Assembly (NCBI GenBank): GCA_036785375.1
Contig: JAWMAR010000025.1
Location: 8,494,001 to 8,558,000 of the forward strand
Direction: 5' to 3'
Length of the DNA stretch: 64,000 nucleotides
Source of the DNA: Leucoraja ocellata
Lineage: Eukaryota
The notes under the pieces are model-generated. The model did no database searches and was not told the origin of the DNA. It saw nothing but the letters and a program-made list of their open reading frames with translations. Both the position numbers and the translations under genes were made by a program. Shown here piece after piece: positions 1-13,221 of this stretch. Each line of letters starts with the position of its first letter. The first letter of the stretch is position 1.

Positions 1-667
1 TAGAACATTTTTTGGTTGTGGAATGATTCCCATGTACAAATTTAACCCAGCATCAGATTGGCATTTATCAAGCGACTGCTAATTGTGGATATAAGATCTG
101 GAGCTGTTCTACAAAGCAAACTGATTGTGATTATCACTGCCAGTGTCATTGTTCAATTATTAATGTACCTGTATTACTATAACTCGTTAGTTTTATCAGA
201 ACAACTAACATGTACAGTTTGAATGATCAGGAGCATGTTGTTTGATTATTGATCTGAACCACAATAGCATGTAAAATAGTTTTTTCTATATACAACTGTT
301 TCACCAATATTACTATGCAACTGGATAGCTATGAGATTCAATCTAGGGTCAATGCATTTGCTAACAAAACAAATGTCGATTGTATAACAAAGTAATCTCT
401 TTCTATGCACATACAATCTTCATTTGATAGTCATTATTTTAAACCACTTTTATTTTGAAGGTGAAACCTGCAAAAGATTAGGCGGCCAATGAATGACTGG
501 AACATTGGCAGACCTTAAATATTGTTCAACATTGTGACGTGTAAGTAATGTATTCATTTCCACTATCTAATGCTGGAAATATTTTGATCTACTAAGTTTT
601 ATCCAATTTGTTATCTGATTTTTTTAAATTTTTTTTTGTATGGCTTGGTACAATTATTTGATATTTT

Positions 668-1600
668 AGAAACATAGAAAATGGGTGCAGGCCATTTGGC
701 CCTTCGAGCCTGCACCGCCATTCAATATGATCATTGCTGATCATCCAACTCGGTATCCTGTACCTGCCTTCTCTGCATACCCCCTGATCCCTTTAGCAAG
801 AAGGGCCACATCTAACTCCGTCTTAAATATAGCCCACGAACTGGCCTCAACTACCTTCTGTGGCAGAGAATTCCACAGATTCACCACTCTCTGTGTGAAA
901 AATGTTTTCCTCATCTTGGTCCTAAAAGATTTCCCCCTTATCCTTAAACTGTGACCCCTTGTTCTGGACTTCCCCAACATCAGAAACAATCTTCCTGCAT
1001 CTAGCCTGTCCAACCCCTTAAGAAATTTGTAAGTTTCTATAAGATCCCCCCTCAATCTTCTAAATTCTAGCGATTACAAACCGAGTCTATCCAGTCTTTC
1101 TTCATATGAAAGTCCTAACATCCCAGGAATCAGTCTGGTGAACCTTCTCTGTACTCCCTCTATGGCAAGAATGTCTTTCCTCAGATTAGGAGACCAAAAC
1201 TGTACGCAATACTCCAGGTGTGGTCTCACCAAGACCCTGTACAACCTCCCTGCTCCTATACTCAAATCCTTTTGCTACGAATGCTAACATACCATTCGCC
1301 TTCTTCACTGCCTGCTGCACCGGCATGCCTACTTTTAATGACTGGTGTACCATGACACACAGGTCTCGTTGCATCTCCCCCTTTCCTAATCGGCCACCAT
1401 TCAGATAATAATCTACTTTCCTGTTTTTGCCACCAAAGTGGATAACCTCACATTTATCCACATTATACTGCATCTGCCATGCATTTGCCCACTCACCCAG
1501 CCTATCCAAGTCACCTTGCAGCCTCCTAGCATCCTCCTCACAGCTAACACTGCCCCCCCAGCTTCGTGTCATCCGCAAACTTGGAGATGTTGCATTCAAT
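668..1600 (-). mobile_element. CR1-clade LINE (HER1-like), 5'-truncated, C-terminal part of RT ORF plus 3' tail
   Basis: Frameshifted ORFs ...[52 protein letters not shown]...RVVNLWNSLP; (TTTCTATG)-type tail at about 668-680. Confidence 0.95.
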
Positions 1601-4600
1601 TAATATTCAAATCAGACTATATTATGTCAGAATCATAAAGCTCAGAAAAATGTTATGGTCAAATTTGGAACATATTCCATTTGCAACAAATAAGTGATAA
1701 TAGAAACAAATCATTTTCTTTATCGTATCAATTATTCATTACGTTTTTCTCTCTGGGAGTGGTGCAGTGCCATAAAAATATGGAAATTGCTTACTTGTAT
1801 TCCAATTATTTCTATTTAAAGGAACATTGACCAGGAATTGTACCTTTTCTGAGTAGAATATAAAGGAGGTTGATTATTTGATATCCATTCCAATATGTCT
1901 ATGCTATTTAAATGTGTATAATTTCTGGAACGGGACAATTGAAGACTCGATGATCAAATAGCACACTTGCAGTCCATTGTGACTTTGTTGATTTCCACTT
2001 ATCTGAAGTGAGGATTCATAACTATTAAATGTAAATTTTGATACTGGTTGATTGTTGGATTGCGCAGCTGAAATATTTTTCCCCCTTCATTTTCCTTGCA
2101 ACATTTTGGATGAAAATGGCTGTTCCACAAATGGTGTGATTCAATGCTCATCATTTTGGTGAGTACGGAGTCTCTTATTTTAAGAAAGATATGTTTTTTT
2201 TTAATTACTAAAGTTATAGCCAAATTCTTTTTTTTAATATGTTCCAGAGTCAAACTGATGCAGTTCAGACTGATGGTAAAATGTGAATCATTTAACCATG
2301 ATAGTATATTGGATAGTATGTAGAATGTTGGTCTTAGTGGTGTATTCTATTAAATTCCAATATTCTTTACCCAGTGTTTAACAATCCTTCATTTCTAAAC
2401 AGACTCCTATCTGTTCATTGATTCTCAACTTTTTGGGGCTTTTGATTACTCCAATTAAATTTATTTTACCTCACTGTGACTTTAATTTCAATATTGTGAT
2501 CTCAGTTCAACCACAATCCTAAAAATGTTTGATTCTAGGGCTAAGTCAAGTAAGTTTCTTTGAGCTGCTGTTGCCTATTATCTGTAGGAGAAACTATGTA
2601 CTTTTGGATTTATAATACCTGTTACTTAGCTTACACAATTGTCATATTTTACATTTCAATGAGTTCTTGTCAATTCAAATGGACTAAAACTGGTGTCTAA
2701 TATTGTAGCATAAAAACCTACTTTAATATTTTCTTTGCAGTAGTCCAATGAGTAAAGATCTGGTAACAGTCTGCTAACTACGCTAAAACTTGATTTAAAT
2801 CTTGCTGGAGATCTTAATAAGTGACCATCATTAGTCTGTGTGTTGATTTAATTCCCTTCAAAACTAGCCTTGTAATCAAACTATAGATAAGCAGTCATGA
2901 GTTTGTAATTAGTCTCTTAGAGTTTAACAATGCATACAATGAGAACAGTTACTTTGTTTTCTTCAAACCTGAGCCGTTCTTGATGTTCTGTTGGAAAATC
3001 CCCGTTTTTAATAGTGACGATGAAAAAAAAATGTCTGCGTGACAGTCAATCATGAAGATGTTGGTATTTTGATCATCTCATTGCTTTTGTCCTTCTTTGT
3101 TTAGAGGGCACAATGCTGTAAAAATAACATTATTGAGTTTATGTCACACCACATATAGATGGTATGGACAGTAATTGTATAGGTTAAAAATATATTGAAT
3201 TCGCTGTTTAGGGCACTTTTGGTTTGGTTGATTGCAGCACTTTGAATTGTTATTCTTTATAATTATTGATGCCATTACACCCAGCCGGGCAAATCATTGA
3301 TGTTGAACTGCTGTGTTGGTGTGGAACCTTGTAAATAGATAGCGATCAGGTATTCAGGATCAATGGTTTGAGCCAAGTATTCCAAAGAACCCAGAATATA
3401 CCATGCTTTTATACCAAGCGTAGATGTAGTAAAGCTTCTCATCTATAAGAACCCTTAAGGTTGGGATTAATTGGAGATGGTATTGGTTGGATAGGTGTGA
3501 GGTGGTTGCCACTGAAAGAGAGAAGGGATATTTAAAGGTTTTTAAAGTTATGACAAGTACAGTAGAAGGAAGAGCTGTGCTCTCTACTTTAATCTCATTT
3601 ACCTGATCTTTATGATTTTTGTTCCTTCAAATTGCCACTTCCTTATTGGTCTTGGCAACAGTAACCAGTTGCAATGAAATCATTCAAATTTGTTACCACA
3701 GGTTAAAATTATTTTACTCTGATTTTAGTGTAAAGGTTATTTGGTTAATTCCACATTTCATGCTGCGTTGAAGCTGGTTCCCATAAACTTTTGTTCTTCT
3801 GGGTCTCCTTCATGCCGTACTATGCTAAATCCTGCCTAAAATGTCCTTTCTTGCTCTTGTCTCACCTGGGCTTTTGGATAGGTTTTGAAAAGGAATGAGT
3901 TAATTGGCTGGATAGCCTTTTCTCACTCCAGTCAACGGGAACTTGATCCAGTGAACCTCAGTAGATCTGGTATGTCTCGTGAAATTAATTTTACTGTGCC
4001 TAACTATTCTATATTAATTCTGAATAATTTGTCATCCTCCAGGAGAAAAGAGAAAACAATGTCTTGTATTCATTGGAAACCTTAACTGACAACCACCTGT
4101 TTGTCTAAGTTCTAAGATGCTGACTTGATTTCCTTTGTATAAAACTACCAACTTGTCCCCCTTGACCATTTTCTTCCTAATTTGTCAGTGCTATTTCTAA
4201 GCAACAATTAGATGTTAGTACCATTGTTCAAGTTATGATGCACAAGTTCTCCATTTACTAATCCTGTGAACACAGTAATTTCAGAAGAATTTGACAAGAA
4301 AAGTTAACTGCAGATTGGAATTTGAATTTGATTTGTATGATATTTAGCAGTATCAGAACCAGGTGGTCCAACAACACGTTTTAACACTTTGCATGTTACA
4401 CTTGTGCTCTTTGTCATTCGGCTGACATCAATAGGGGAGTTTGAAGTAGAAGCAATGTTTATTTAAAACATAACAGAATCAAGTGGCCCTTTATTTTTCT
4501 CAAGGAAGATGAGAAATGTTTCAGAATTAACGATAAAATTAATTTTATGTGACATGCCAGATCTACGGAGTTTCATTGGATCACGTCAAGTAGGCAACAG

Positions 4601-6240
4601 AAAAGTGTCTACTGCTGCATTGTAATTGAATTTATAGTATATATTCTGTTGTACAGTAATTATTTACTGCATGCCAAGGCTACTAAGCAACTTTACTCTT
4701 TTTAGTTTCCCGAACCATGAAGTGGAATCATATTTATGATTCCCTTATTGAGGTACCATTGATGTAACTTGCTTCAGTGTAGTATTTAGTCCTGGTTTAA
4801 ATTTTTGTTTGGTATTTGGGATTTCCATTAAAAATGTAGTGAATAAATTGCATAGGCAATTATACCTCATTTTGTTAACAACTTTCCATTACATAACTGA
4901 ACTTGGCATATGGGAGAAGGGATTTAGAATTTGCGATAAGATTCTCTTATGATGGAGTGGTTTTGCTGCTGAATTATCTGTAACTTGCAACTTTTACACC
5001 ATCATATTATTTTCAATCTCTGCATTCATTATCTTTTTATTATTGTAAGAGATTTCAAATATTCAGATATTCCAATGCATTTAGAATAATATACTCTCTT
5101 GAGATTTACAATTATTTGGTATACCTCCGTTACTGAAGACCCCATGACCTTGCCTTCAGTGAGCTTCTGTTCCCAAGCAAGCAACAAACTGAGCAATTGT
5201 CATCAGCCAGTGGAAAACCTCATCATTATCCATCCATGCGAAATGCTGCTTGCTACCAAAGAGTATTTTATTGTTGTGGTACAATCTATGAATCTGACAG
5301 TGATCTGCACAATGACATTCTTGATCTTGTACTATTTCCACCCCCTCACCCAAGTTGATTATTTTGCCATAACTCCTGAGTCAAGGAACTGTTGTTAAAT
5401 TACTTCCATGGAAATAGTATTATTAAAATAGTGCAAAATGGGGTGGAGTTAACTTTATAATCCAGTTAATTAGGTGCTAAAATATAATTATTGTATTGCC
5501 ATCTCCAAAAGTAGTAACCATGATGAATATTGTGATTACAATCGTTCTTTAACTACACCCATTTTCTTTCCAATGGGGAGGAATAGTTGCTGAATGAGGT
5601 AACTTGTGTTAATTTTATGCACGATCCACAGCCAATTTGAGCGTGGAACCAGATGCTTGAGTGTATTCATGCCTGAAAAGTTGTACAAAAGAACTGTTTT
5701 GACTATTTGCACCAAACCTCATTTTTTAAGCTGTGATACTTTGAAACAATCTGTGTAGAAATAGAGGGCCATGGGTGGTATTTAATAGTGGTAGAAATTG
5801 TATGTCGGGGTGAGGAGGAATGGTGGGATTGGAGCAATTATCTCTTCCATCAGATTTTTGAGGGGATGGAGAGGTATCATTATTTTCTTACTTTGGGGTT
5901 TTGAATTTTTTCCCCCTCATTCTTCCTTCTCCCTTATACAACACATGGAGACACATACATTTAATCCTGTGGAATTTCTGTTTTTAAATGGACAGTTGTG
6001 TGCAATACCTGTAAATTTTGGGCAGTCTGGTCTTGGACAGAGTGTGTTATACATGTTAACTTTGACTTAATTTGTTAAGGTCTAGAACCTACTTGGAAGG
6101 ACAACCCCTGCAAATTAACTCAAACTCCTAACACACCTTGCATGAGCTTCTACTTTTAAAAACCTAACCCCTCTGAAGCAAATTATTAATTTTTAAATGG
6201 ACTGATTTAATATGATTGCAAACTGGAGTTATACAGTTTT

Positions 6241-6370
6241 CAGTCTAAAGAAGAATCCCAACCCGAAATGTCATCTATTCATATTTACCACGGATGTCGC
6301 CCGACTTGCTATGTTATTCCAGCACTTTGTCTTTTCTTATAAACCAGCATCTGCAATTCCTTGTTTCTAT
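6241..6370 (+). mobile_element. Degenerate Penelope-like pseudo-LTR unit
   Basis: cagtctaaagaag...cccgaaatgtca...ttattccagcactttgt...ccagcatctgcaattcc, homologous to the other pLTR copies in the window. Confidence 0.6.
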
Positions 6371-6404
6371 ATGGAGTCATACAAAACTTGATCCTTTGAG
6401 ATAC

Positions 6405-6625
6405 ACAAAACTTAAGTCTACACCAACCACAAGTCACCCATTTACACTAATCCCATTTGATTCTATATTTCCAACACCCTTGGGGTAATTTGCACTTTCC
6501 AATTAATTCATCAATGAACACATCTTTGAGTGCATGCAGACCTGGAGATCCCAAGGGATACCCACATGGTCACATAGAGAATGAGCAAACTCCAAAAACG
6601 CAGCACTGGAGCTGTGAGGCCCGAA
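6405..6625 (-). mobile_element. Degenerate tRNA-derived V-SINE (HE1-like)
   Basis: Homologous to the copies at 30131 and 56600 (acatctttgag...cccacatggtcacatagaga...ctggagctgtgaggc). Confidence 0.55.
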
Positions 6626-7329
6626 CATTAAATTCAAAATTTTGGAGTTTGAGAATCCCAATGTAGCCCAAAAGATGAACAAATCCAATAAATGCTGGAA
6701 GTTTGAGCTCTTTAAAAATAAATAAAATAATAATAATTGTTTTTTACTGCCTCCAGTCATTGCAGCTGTGGAATTTGTATCCCTGGAGCAGTGTTATATC
6801 AGTAGGATATCATTGTTATTCATGCCAGTGAATTGAGAATGTCAAAAATACAGGACTGTAAGATTATAACAATGGGATAATTTTTATATATTATCACAAC
6901 TACGCATATCCTGTCAATTTCAAAAATACTTCTGATATGCAGAACTTTTTACAACATCACAACTCTTGACAACTACGAGTATTTTTTTGTTGTTCTGTAT
7001 TGACGATGGTTTACAATTGTGGAGAAGGACTTTCCACTGATATTTGGAAAGAGGTCCAGTTTCTTGCAAGCCTGTTGCTTCTTGAATTGTTTCCAAGATT
7101 CATCCTTAAAGAAAAAGTATTTACATACTTTCCCATATCGCAAAGGCTTGCTTGTTGGTTGGTTCATTGGTACTGTAAATTACCATGAGATTAGATGGGT
7201 GACTGGAAAATTAGTGGCATTAAAGGATTGTGTGAAAGAATAGATTGCCAGGGAAGTAGGTGGGGGAATTGGGATTACTGAGAGCTGGAAATTGGCTCAC
7301 TGGACCAAAAGACTGATGCTTATGTCCAG

Positions 7330-9735
7330 AGGAAATAAGAGGAGAATTTGGTTGAAGCATATAAAATTATGAGGAATCTTAATTTAGATGGGATGTTTCT
7401 TCCTGGGAGAACCTGGAACTTGAGGGCCACAGTTTAATAATAAGGATCACACATTTACGATGGAGATATGGTAAAAATGTCTCTGCCTGTCTTTCACTCT
7501 TCCAAAAAAGGTTGTGGAATTATGAGATGGCCTTATTAGAGGCGGCTATTCGTTTTAAAGTAATTGTGGAAAAAATATGGGACTGGTATACAAGTTTAAG
7601 TGAGGCTGATGTTGATGACATTGGACAGAAATTTGCATAAATTGATTGGGAGGGGCTGTTTGCAGGTAAAGGAACATCTGGGAGGTTTTTCTTTTTAAAG
7701 TGAGATGAGAGAATTCAGGGCTGGCATGTTCCTATTAGAGTGAATGGCAAAGCTCGTTGTATTAGGTTACCCTGGTTCACGAAGGAGGACATTGAAGGTT
7801 TAGTCAGGGAAATGGTGGGTTTATGTAGCTGGGATCAAACTAATTCTTTGAGGACTATAGGAATGTAGGAGTACATGTAAGAGGGAGACAAGGAGGGCAA
7901 AAAGAAGATTTGAGATTGCTTTGGCAGATCAGAGAAAGGATCATTAAGAGTACAGGTATATTAGGAGCAAAAGGGTAATTCGTGGGGAAAAAATAGGTCC
8001 TCTAAAAGATCAAGTGGTCATCTCTGTTGGAGCTACAGGAGATGGGTGAGGTCTTAAATGAACATTTCTGATCTGTGTTTACCAAGCAGAAGGTTGTGAG
8101 AGCTAGGGAATTCAGAGAAGAGTCTTGTCTGGAAACATCCACATTACAAAAGAGGTGGAGCTGGTGGTCTTAAAACATACAAGGGTGGATAAAAATCCAG
8201 GACTTGACCAAGTGTATCCCAGGACCTTGTTGGAAACTATGGAGGAAATTGCTGGGACCTGACAGAGGTGTTTTCATTGTTACATAATAATAATAATAAT
8301 AATTTTATTTATAGAGCACTTTAAAAACAAACATAGCTGCAACAAAGTGCTGTACATCACTAATCATTGACAAAAAAAAAAAAAAGTTAATACACACCAA
8401 AAATAACAATCAAAAGAAATAGTAGGAAAAGACATGTAAAATAAAGAAACATCAAAAACACCACAAACAGAAGCAAAGCCTCAGGCATGGTCAAAAGCCA
8501 GGGAATACAAATGCGTTTTAACACTGGATTTGAAGATGGACAGTGAGGGGGCCTGTCTGATGTGCAGCGGCAGGGTGTTCCAGAGTGCCGGAGCAGCAAC
8601 AGAGAAGGCTCTATCCCCTCTGAGCCTCCGACTAGACCTCGGTACCTCCAGGAGCAGCTGACCAGCTGACCTGAGGGACCGGGCAGGAGTGTATGGGTGG
8701 AGCAGCTCAGAGAGGTAAGGCGGGGCGAGCCCATTCAGAGATTTAAAAACAAATAACAGTAACTTAAAATGAACCCGAAAGTGCACCGGGAGCCAGTGTA
8801 GGGAGGCCAGAATTGGCGATATGTGCTCCCTCTTTCGAGTCCCTGTTAAAAGGCGAGCAGCAGCATTCTGAACCAACTGGAGACGAGCCAGTGAAGAACG
8901 AGCAACACCAAAATAGAGCGCGTTACAGTAATCCAGCCTAGATGTAATAAAGGCATGGATTACTGTCTCAAAATGCTGCCGCTCGAGAATGGGCTTCACC
9001 TTCGCCAGCTTCCTTAGGTGAAAGAAGCTGGACTTAACCACCGCGCATATTTGGCGATCTAATTTAAAGTCACTGTCCATCCTAAAACCCAGGTTCACAA
9101 CTGTTGGCTTCACGTACCTTCACATACTATAGGTGAGGTTCTGGAGGGTGGCTAATATTGTACTTTTATTTAAGAAGGGCTGGAAGGACAAGCTAGACAA
9201 TATCAGTGAGCCTGTAGCTCAATTGTGAACAAGTCACTGGAAGGAATATACACAAGAGACAGGATGTATCTACATTTAGAAAGATAAAGACCAATTTAAG
9301 GATGTCAACACGGCACTGTGTGTGGGAAATCATGTTTCACAAATTTACTTGAGTTTTGAAGAAGTGACCAAGAGGATTGACATTGTCCACACGGACTTGC
9401 CTACCGCATTTGACAAAGATTTAGATGGGAGTAGGCCCATCTGGAAAGTTAGATCACATGGGAACCAGAGCAAGCAAGCCAATTGGATACAAAATTGGAT
9501 TGGTACTAGGAGTCAGTAGGTGGCAGTGGAAGATTTTAATTGAAGCCCTGTGACCAGTGGTATGCCATCGGGATGGGTGCTGGGTCCCATGTTGTCCAAC
9601 ATCAATATTAACAATTTGGATGAAAATGTAGTTTGCTTGATTAAGATGACACTAAAATTGCAATATAGTGAAGAAGACTATTTAAGATTATAACAGAATC
9701 TAAAACAATTGGGGAAAGTTGGCCAAGAAATTCAC
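7330..9735 (+). mobile_element. Old degraded CR1 LINE fragments (3' piece, then ORF2 tether/RT), interrupted by an L2 insertion
   Basis: Recognisable CR1 ORF2 remnants: gataaaaatccaggacttgaccaagtgtatcccagg (DKSPGPD.VYPR), gctaatattgtacttttatttaagaaggg (AN.V.LFKKG), AFDK, gtgaccagtggtatgcc. The sequence resumes after the insertion at about 9122. Confidence 0.8.
8287..9121 (-). mobile_element. Young L2-clade LINE, 5'-truncated, intact C-terminal 210 codons plus 3'UTR and (TTA)n tail
   Basis: ORF 8481-9113: HAFITSRLDYCNAL...LQLVQNAAARLLTG...LASLHWLPV...GDRAFSVAAP.LWN.LP. Tail with gcactttg...aaagtgc stem, then (att)n. Possible TSD acata at 8282-8286 and 9122-9126. Confidence 0.93.
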
Positions 9736-9999
9736 ATTTCGTTAACCATCTGGATTTAAAAAAATATGAATTGGCAGTATTTTTAATTGCACTGCTACTG
9801 GAAAATGCTGAACAAATGCAAATAGTTACAAGGCATTTTTTTTTTCTCAGCTCTTTGCTTCCTCTCCTGAATACAATAACTCGTGTGGAACATCTCCAAA
9901 GATATAGTAACTCTCTGACTGGTAGTTTTGCTATCATCGATAGTTGCATTCCTAAGAAACGTTACGTTAAAGAAAATCTGTTATAAAATCAATTATGTT

Positions 10000-12900
10000 A
10001 ATTGGGGAAATGGGGTTAGGGGCGGGAGAGGATCAGACTGACAATAACAAAGTTTCCCCACTCCAGCGGGCTTTTCAAAAACAAGGGTCTTTTCAAGGCT
10101 TTAAGTTTATTTTTGTTGCAAGCTACAATACGAGAGGCTGTATGTTACATTGTTAATGGAGCAGCAGTGCACAAGTATCAATAGAAGAGATCGCTTGTTA
10201 ATTTCAATGGCCTCGCACAATGAAAGTAACCTCTGTGTCCCTAGTATCTGATTACTGGCGGAGGCTACAATGTAAACATTTCCCCCCAAGACAGTTTTTT
10301 CTGTTTGCCAATTTCCAAAATAACTTAAGTGGTTCTCTAGTCCTCGACGGAAATCGCTGTATAACCAATTAGACCTACGTAATGTAAATAGTATTCCCCA
10401 ATTCATTGATCGCGTTATATGCAATTCCTGTTGTTGAAACACGCGTGATAGCCGAAGTACTTGCAAGCATTTTGTAGCGTTTGAATATTTGACTGAAAGG
10501 GAAAAATACGTTTCGACTTATCCAAACCCAAGTTCAAGGCTTTTAAAGCAATCGTGATATCCCCATTTAATATCCTTTCCCCTCGCCCCCGCCCCCCGTC
10601 AGATATCAGTTGACTGCATGAAATAGGAGCAAAATACTATTATGTAACCGTATAGTCTTTCCAGAGTCAAATATATGGTAATTAAAGAGTATTAACACTA
10701 CTTCTGTGCTTATTATTAATGTGTTACTACGAGTACAATCTTTACATCATTTGTAAGGATTAAACAGATCGCCATCTTTGCACTGTTCCGATCCTTATTG
10801 CTATGGTAACTACTGGGTTTTCTGAAAGCAGATGCTATGTTAGCGTTTTCTCTCTCTGGGCCTTTCTGCATTACAATACAGCTGTTCATTTTATGCTTTA
10901 TTGTCCTGCCGTTTCTTGCCCCTCCCCATCTGTGAGCTTCATTGGTCAACAACACACTCAGTAGCTGTATAATGTTCCTTGGCTCGGAACCACCGTACCT
11001 GAATGTGCTCCTTTAACGTCACAATTTTTTCATTAGCTTCAATGCAGTAGCATTATGTGAAACCAACGATTCATTAAAAACTGATATTCTAATTCCAGTA
11101 ATATGCATGTTTGCCTTCACCACGATGCCTATTCACGCCACAAGATTCAAGTCGCAATGAATTGTTCATAGCTACCTCGGTGAATTTGAATTTGAAAACC
11201 TGTTTGAGGATATCAATGGACACTCCCGTGGTTCTTCCAATGTTCACGCCCCAAGCATAGAGAACAGGCATTTTTGTGAGGTATCAAAAGCTTTAGTTGA
11301 AATCAGTTGCTGCCTTAAGGACCCGGAAAGCGAGGACGAATACAGAACGGCACTCGAGGAAAACATAGTAAATAGTATTGCAGTAACCTCAAATGCCTCA
11401 ATAGACATGTCAGATGTATTAAGGCATGTACTCCCTACACACAGTGATTAAAATATCTAAGGTAACTGGAAAGAGGAGTGGACCCGAACAGTGACACCTG
11501 GCGTGAGAGGTGCTGGAATATTTCCTTGCTACGTTTCCGAGTTGTTGACATGCCTTGATTCGGGGTGCTCACTGTTGCGCTGTTTGCTATTGCTTTGGCA
11601 CGCTCCATGCCATTCTGTCTTTTACTCGGCGATTGGATACAAGGTGAGTTAGGTTATTGTGATTGGTGCGTTTGAGTCGATAGCTGCTTTTTTTTGCATG
11701 CACTGATCCACCCACAACAGAAACTGATACTTGCCATGAGTTTGGGGCTTTCGTACAATATATAGTATTGTGTGAGTGAGGCTTCCTTTAGATCCTTGGG
11801 TGCTTTTCTTCTTTTGATGGGGTTGCTTTCTGCAAATCAAGGTGAGCAGCTCCGAGTTTAGCTCTGTATTGTGGGCATTTTCCTTATTCATTTTGATACT
11901 TTGTTGTGATGTTTTTTAAACAGACGCCATTTTGCACCGATGTATTAATTGTATAGCGTTATCCTTCAGTGAAGCATCTTTCGTACAAGTTTTCCAGCGC
12001 ATGCGATTTAACGAAATGAAATAATTTTAGTTTTCGTTCAAAATACATTTTATTTCTGTTTTGGGGACGTGCTTCCTTATAGAAATATCCCTCCACCTTG
12101 TTCTGGCGGTTAACCTTTTTCTATTAACTTCCACGTAGTTTCTGTAAATGTAAGATTTTAAACCATCATGCCTTATTACGCATGCAGAAAGACAGCACAG
12201 TGAGCTTCTTGCTGTTCCATTACATCTGTTACCCTTTGCTCTGACTGTGAGACCGCTTGTTTGTTTAGAACAATTGCAGTATCCTTCCAGAAACAATGAA
12301 CTTTAGCTGTCGTTACCGGTCAGGGCAAGTCACTCCTCCTTTATAAGTGAACATAATTAAAAAATATATATCTGTGCATTGTTTTTGAGTGTGTTGTTTT
12401 GGAGCTATTTGTAAATAGGCTGGTCAGTGGGGAGGAGGGGGGGGGGGGGTCTCCTTTGTTTCGTCTTTTGTGTTGCCAGCCTCCTGCTGTCTGGAAAGGA
12501 GGATGGGGGTGGGGTGACTTCATTCTAACGTGTTTGTTGTCATTGGACTACCGATTTAACTACAAGTTCCTTGTGGATTTGAACGTGTTTCCAAAATGCA
12601 GTGTGCAAAATGATGTGAAAAAAATCCCCACGTTATAAAAGGCCAATTTTGAAACCCACTGTATGGTAGCGTAAGCGAATACATATTCTAAATTAGAACA
12701 TACAGTTCAGAAATCTTGGTGATTTTAGAATAAGACAAGGCTATGAATCCGTTTCCAACTAGTCTTTAGACATACAGGAGTAGTATTGTAAGATTCAAAT
12801 TGCGCTCCCCCCCCTATTCAACAGAATGCTATTTCAAAATAATTTAAAAAAATAATAATCGCGGGATTTAGTTTCCGTTCATAGTATCAGTGGAGTTTGA

Positions 12901-13100
12901 GTAAAATGCACCTGTATAAATGACTGAGGAACTGAGAACGTGAGTTGCACCAAAACCACACGTTTTCGACAACATTCTGTACTACCGGTTCATGATTCAA
13001 TATACCTATTTAGGCCTCGCCCACAATGCTGTACACGCCCCAATGTTGGACCGACGTGAATGATCAATTTCTATGGCTCTGAACACGTTGCCTTTTACAG
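10000..13100 (+). promoter_or_regulatory. CpG-enriched, repeat-free region; candidate promoter and alternative first exon(s) of EPB41
   Basis: Visibly more CpG than the flanks and no recognisable repeats for about 3 kb. GC boxes near 10020 and 10585, CCAAT motifs near 10364 and 10942 (reverse), GGGTGGGG near 12507. Unpaired + strand donors AAG|GTGAGT (11644) and AAG|GTGAGC (11842). No transcript evidence available. Confidence 0.55.
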
Positions 13101-13122
13101 ACCACATGCCAATTTCTAGAGC

Positions 13123-13221
13123 TATTTTGTCAATCATTAAGTTAGGTAACTTAATGATTGACAAAATATAAGAACATAAAGATAGTTTACTTAGATAACT
13201 ATCTTTATGTTCTTATATTTT
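13123..13221. repeat. Two abutting perfect inverted repeats (22-bp and 25-bp arms)
   Basis: 13123-13144 pairs with 13147-13168 (2-nt spacer); 13163-13187 pairs with 13197-13221 (9-nt spacer). Checked base by base. Confidence 0.95.

Noticed and set aside
1-9999. A separate upstream protein-coding gene
   Set aside because: No exon-like ORFs with recognisable homology; all long ORFs are LINE fragments. Small exons cannot be excluded by eye.
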